A stretch of DNA of 52,861 nt from positions 1 to 52,861 of the forward strand of contig ADNK01003200.1 in the NCBI GenBank assembly GCA_000320545.1, given 5' to 3'. The DNA comes from Bigelowiella natans CCMP2755 (taxonomy: Eukaryota; Protista; Cercozoa). A model generated the notes under the pieces. That model was given only the letters and a program-made list of their open reading frames with translations. It was not told the origin of the DNA and did not search any database. Made by a program: the position numbers and the translations under genes. Positions 51,203 through 52,861 of this stretch are shown here, one piece after another (the first letter of the stretch is position 1; each line of letters begins with the position of its first letter).

Positions 51203-52834
51203 ATGTCACAGCAGCTAGAAGAACAGCAGGACTTTGGCTCGCAGGCCGTGCAAGGGCACGAGCAGAAACAGGAAAGGAAGGGCGATACGGACGCTAAGGA
51301 AGGAGGAGGAACACCTCCACAGGCACCGCCGGGACCAGCACCCGGGATTAAGAAAGCAGATGCAGCAGCAGAGGCACTGGAGAACTTCTACGAGGCGGAC
51401 GACGAGGACGTGGCCGCCGAAAGCAAGAAGGTCGTAATGGCATTACGAGCCTTGCGACCCAGGGCGAGCAACTACGCCAAACTGAAAGTATCGATAGAAT
51501 ACAAGTATCAGACACATGATGTTTGGGCAGCTATCATGCAGGACATCATGGATTACGAAGCAGACTTACCTCCAGAGTGGGCAGCTTTGTTTAGGAACGA
51601 CGGGGGTCTGGGCGCCTCGCGGGGGACGACCCAGAGCACCGTCAAGCAGCAGCAGCCGGTACAGCGGAACACCCAGTTCATGTCTGTTAAAACAGCACCG
51701 GTTATGATAACGAAATACAACGGGAAAAGAGGTGAGGCAAGGAGGTGGTGGAAGAACGCTAGGAGTATACTCTGCGACTTTACCCCTAACCCCACCGAAA
51801 ACGACAAGCTCAAATGGCTAGCTATAATAAAGCAAGCCATGGACCTTTACGAGACAGGCAGGACCCGGATCAGGCAGCTAGAGAAAATACACACTACAGT
51901 TAGTGGGCTACGAGACGTTGAGGCGATAATGAAGGCTTTTGTAAATGAACAGGATGCTAACTCCCTACCCCAGGCTATTAGAAAATACAGAGCAATGATG
52001 CAGCATGAGAGAGAACCTGTTAGAGACTTTGCCACGCGCTTCCAGGATATGATCGACGAACTACATGATTTTAATTACAACACAGGTGATGATCAGGCAA
52101 GGTTTGAAGAGTTCAAGTTAAAGATAAAGGAATCCACTTACGTTACGGAGAAAGGCTACACCACGATGGAGGCAGCAGTGCAGGCTATATCCCTACGCGA
52201 GCAGGAGCAGGACCGCAAGTTTACCAGCCCTAAGGTACCTGGCATAGGAAACATTAACGCTATTAAGCCGCAGCGAGACTGGTACAAGGACAGGGAAGGT
52301 AACCGACGTTGCGGATACTGCTCACGTAAAGGGAAACACACCGCTAAAGACTGCAGAGACAGGAAAGAAGGACGACCCAGGATGACGATCAGGCAGCTCA
52401 ACGAACACTACGAGAAGTTAAAGAGAAAGAAAGGCAGAGGACAAGGATATAACAACAGCAAATGGCAAGGCAGCAACAACGGGAAGAACAATAAATATAA
52501 GAACAAAAAGCAGAACAGTATCAATGCTATACAGCAGCAGATAAACGGAATATTAGATCACCTTAAGCAGGCGCCGACGAAGACAGCAGTACCAGCAACG
52601 CAGGACCAAGACAAGCCCATGACCCTAGACGACATAAAGAACTTAGGAGTATGCAACATTAATGACGAAGACGCTAACAGGACTATCAAAGTTGCTATGA
52701 CCAAGGTTAAAGTTAAAGACAGCTACGGAGACTACAAGAAACTACCTGCCCTTTGGGATAGTGGCAGCATGCCGAAGTCCTTCATAAGCCTAAGCACAGT
52801 AAGAAGGTTAGGACTATTGGGATCAAGTGACTAA
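51203..52834 (+). CDS. gag: Retrotransposon Gag with Zn knuckle plus N-terminal half of the aspartic protease
   Basis: 543-aa ORF: capsid-like 'KYNGKRGEARRWW' and 'YRAMMQHEREPVRDFATRF', CCHC knuckle 'CGYCSRKGKHTAKDC', protease motif 'ALWDSGSMPKSFIS'. Confidence 0.88.
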   Translation: MSQQLEEQQDFGSQAVQGHEQKQERKGDTDAKEGGGTPPQAPPGPAPGIKKADAAAEALENFYEADDEDVAAESKKVVMALRALRPRASNYAKLKVSIEYKYQTHDVWAAIMQDIMDYEADLPPEWAALFRNDGGLGASRGTTQSTVKQQQPVQRNTQFMSVKTAPVMITKYNGKRGEARRWWKNARSILCDFTPNPTENDKLKWLAIIKQAMDLYETGRTRIRQLEKIHTTVSGLRDVEAIMKAFVNEQDANSLPQAIRKYRAMMQHEREPVRDFATRFQDMIDELHDFNYNTGDDQARFEEFKLKIKESTYVTEKGYTTMEAAVQAISLREQEQDRKFTSPKVPGIGNINAIKPQRDWYKDREGNRRCGYCSRKGKHTAKDCRDRKEGRPRMTIRQLNEHYEKLKRKKGRGQGYNNSKWQGSNNGKNNKYKNKKQNSINAIQQQINGILDHLKQAPTKTAVPATQDQDKPMTLDDIKNLGVCNINDEDANRTIKVAMTKVKVKDSYGDYKKLPALWDSGSMPKSFISLSTVRRLGLLGSSD

Positions 52835-52861
52835 GAAAGAACGTAAATATGCTCAAGCAGA

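Larger units (their letters stand above)
50889..52861 (+). mobile_element. Ty3/Gypsy-like LTR retrotransposon, 5' part (truncated by window end)
   Basis: Candidate LTR, then PBS, then an intronless gag-protease ORF; base composition differs sharply from the flank. Confidence 0.85.

Overview
This is the left end of a eukaryotic chromosome. It opens with a (CCCTAA)n telomere, followed by nine intron-dense genes with short GT-AG, microsatellite-rich introns and the 5' part of a young Ty3/Gypsy-type LTR retrotransposon. Genes in order: SEC15/EXOC6 (-), MSS51-C-domain protein (+), a ~24-exon mandelate-racemase-subgroup enzyme resembling anhydrogalactonate cycloisomerases (-), CCCH zinc-finger protein (+), multi-TM RGS protein (+), divergent centrin (-), WNK kinase (+), bipartite-targeted COG0523/CobW GTPase (+) and a cNMP-binding/RGS-like fusion (-). 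The TTAGGG telomere, intron density and signal-plus-transit leader suggest a secondary-plastid alga, perhaps a chlorarachniophyte (inference). The standout signal is a set of 0.5-1.7 kb intergenic islands, roughly every 7-12 kb, in which TpA is almost erased while CpG is kept. For example, 198-846 has zero TpA in 649 nt. TG/CA are in excess, and surviving TpA lies mostly in CTAG (or CTA/TAG). Telomere repeats inside such an island read CCCTGA. Introns, exons, divergent promoters and the young retroelement are untouched. This suggests a targeted, context-specific TA(H)->TG(H) hypermutation process acting on untranscribed DNA, a kind of reverse RIP. All gene models were spliced by eye, and family calls rest on recalled motifs, not database searches.
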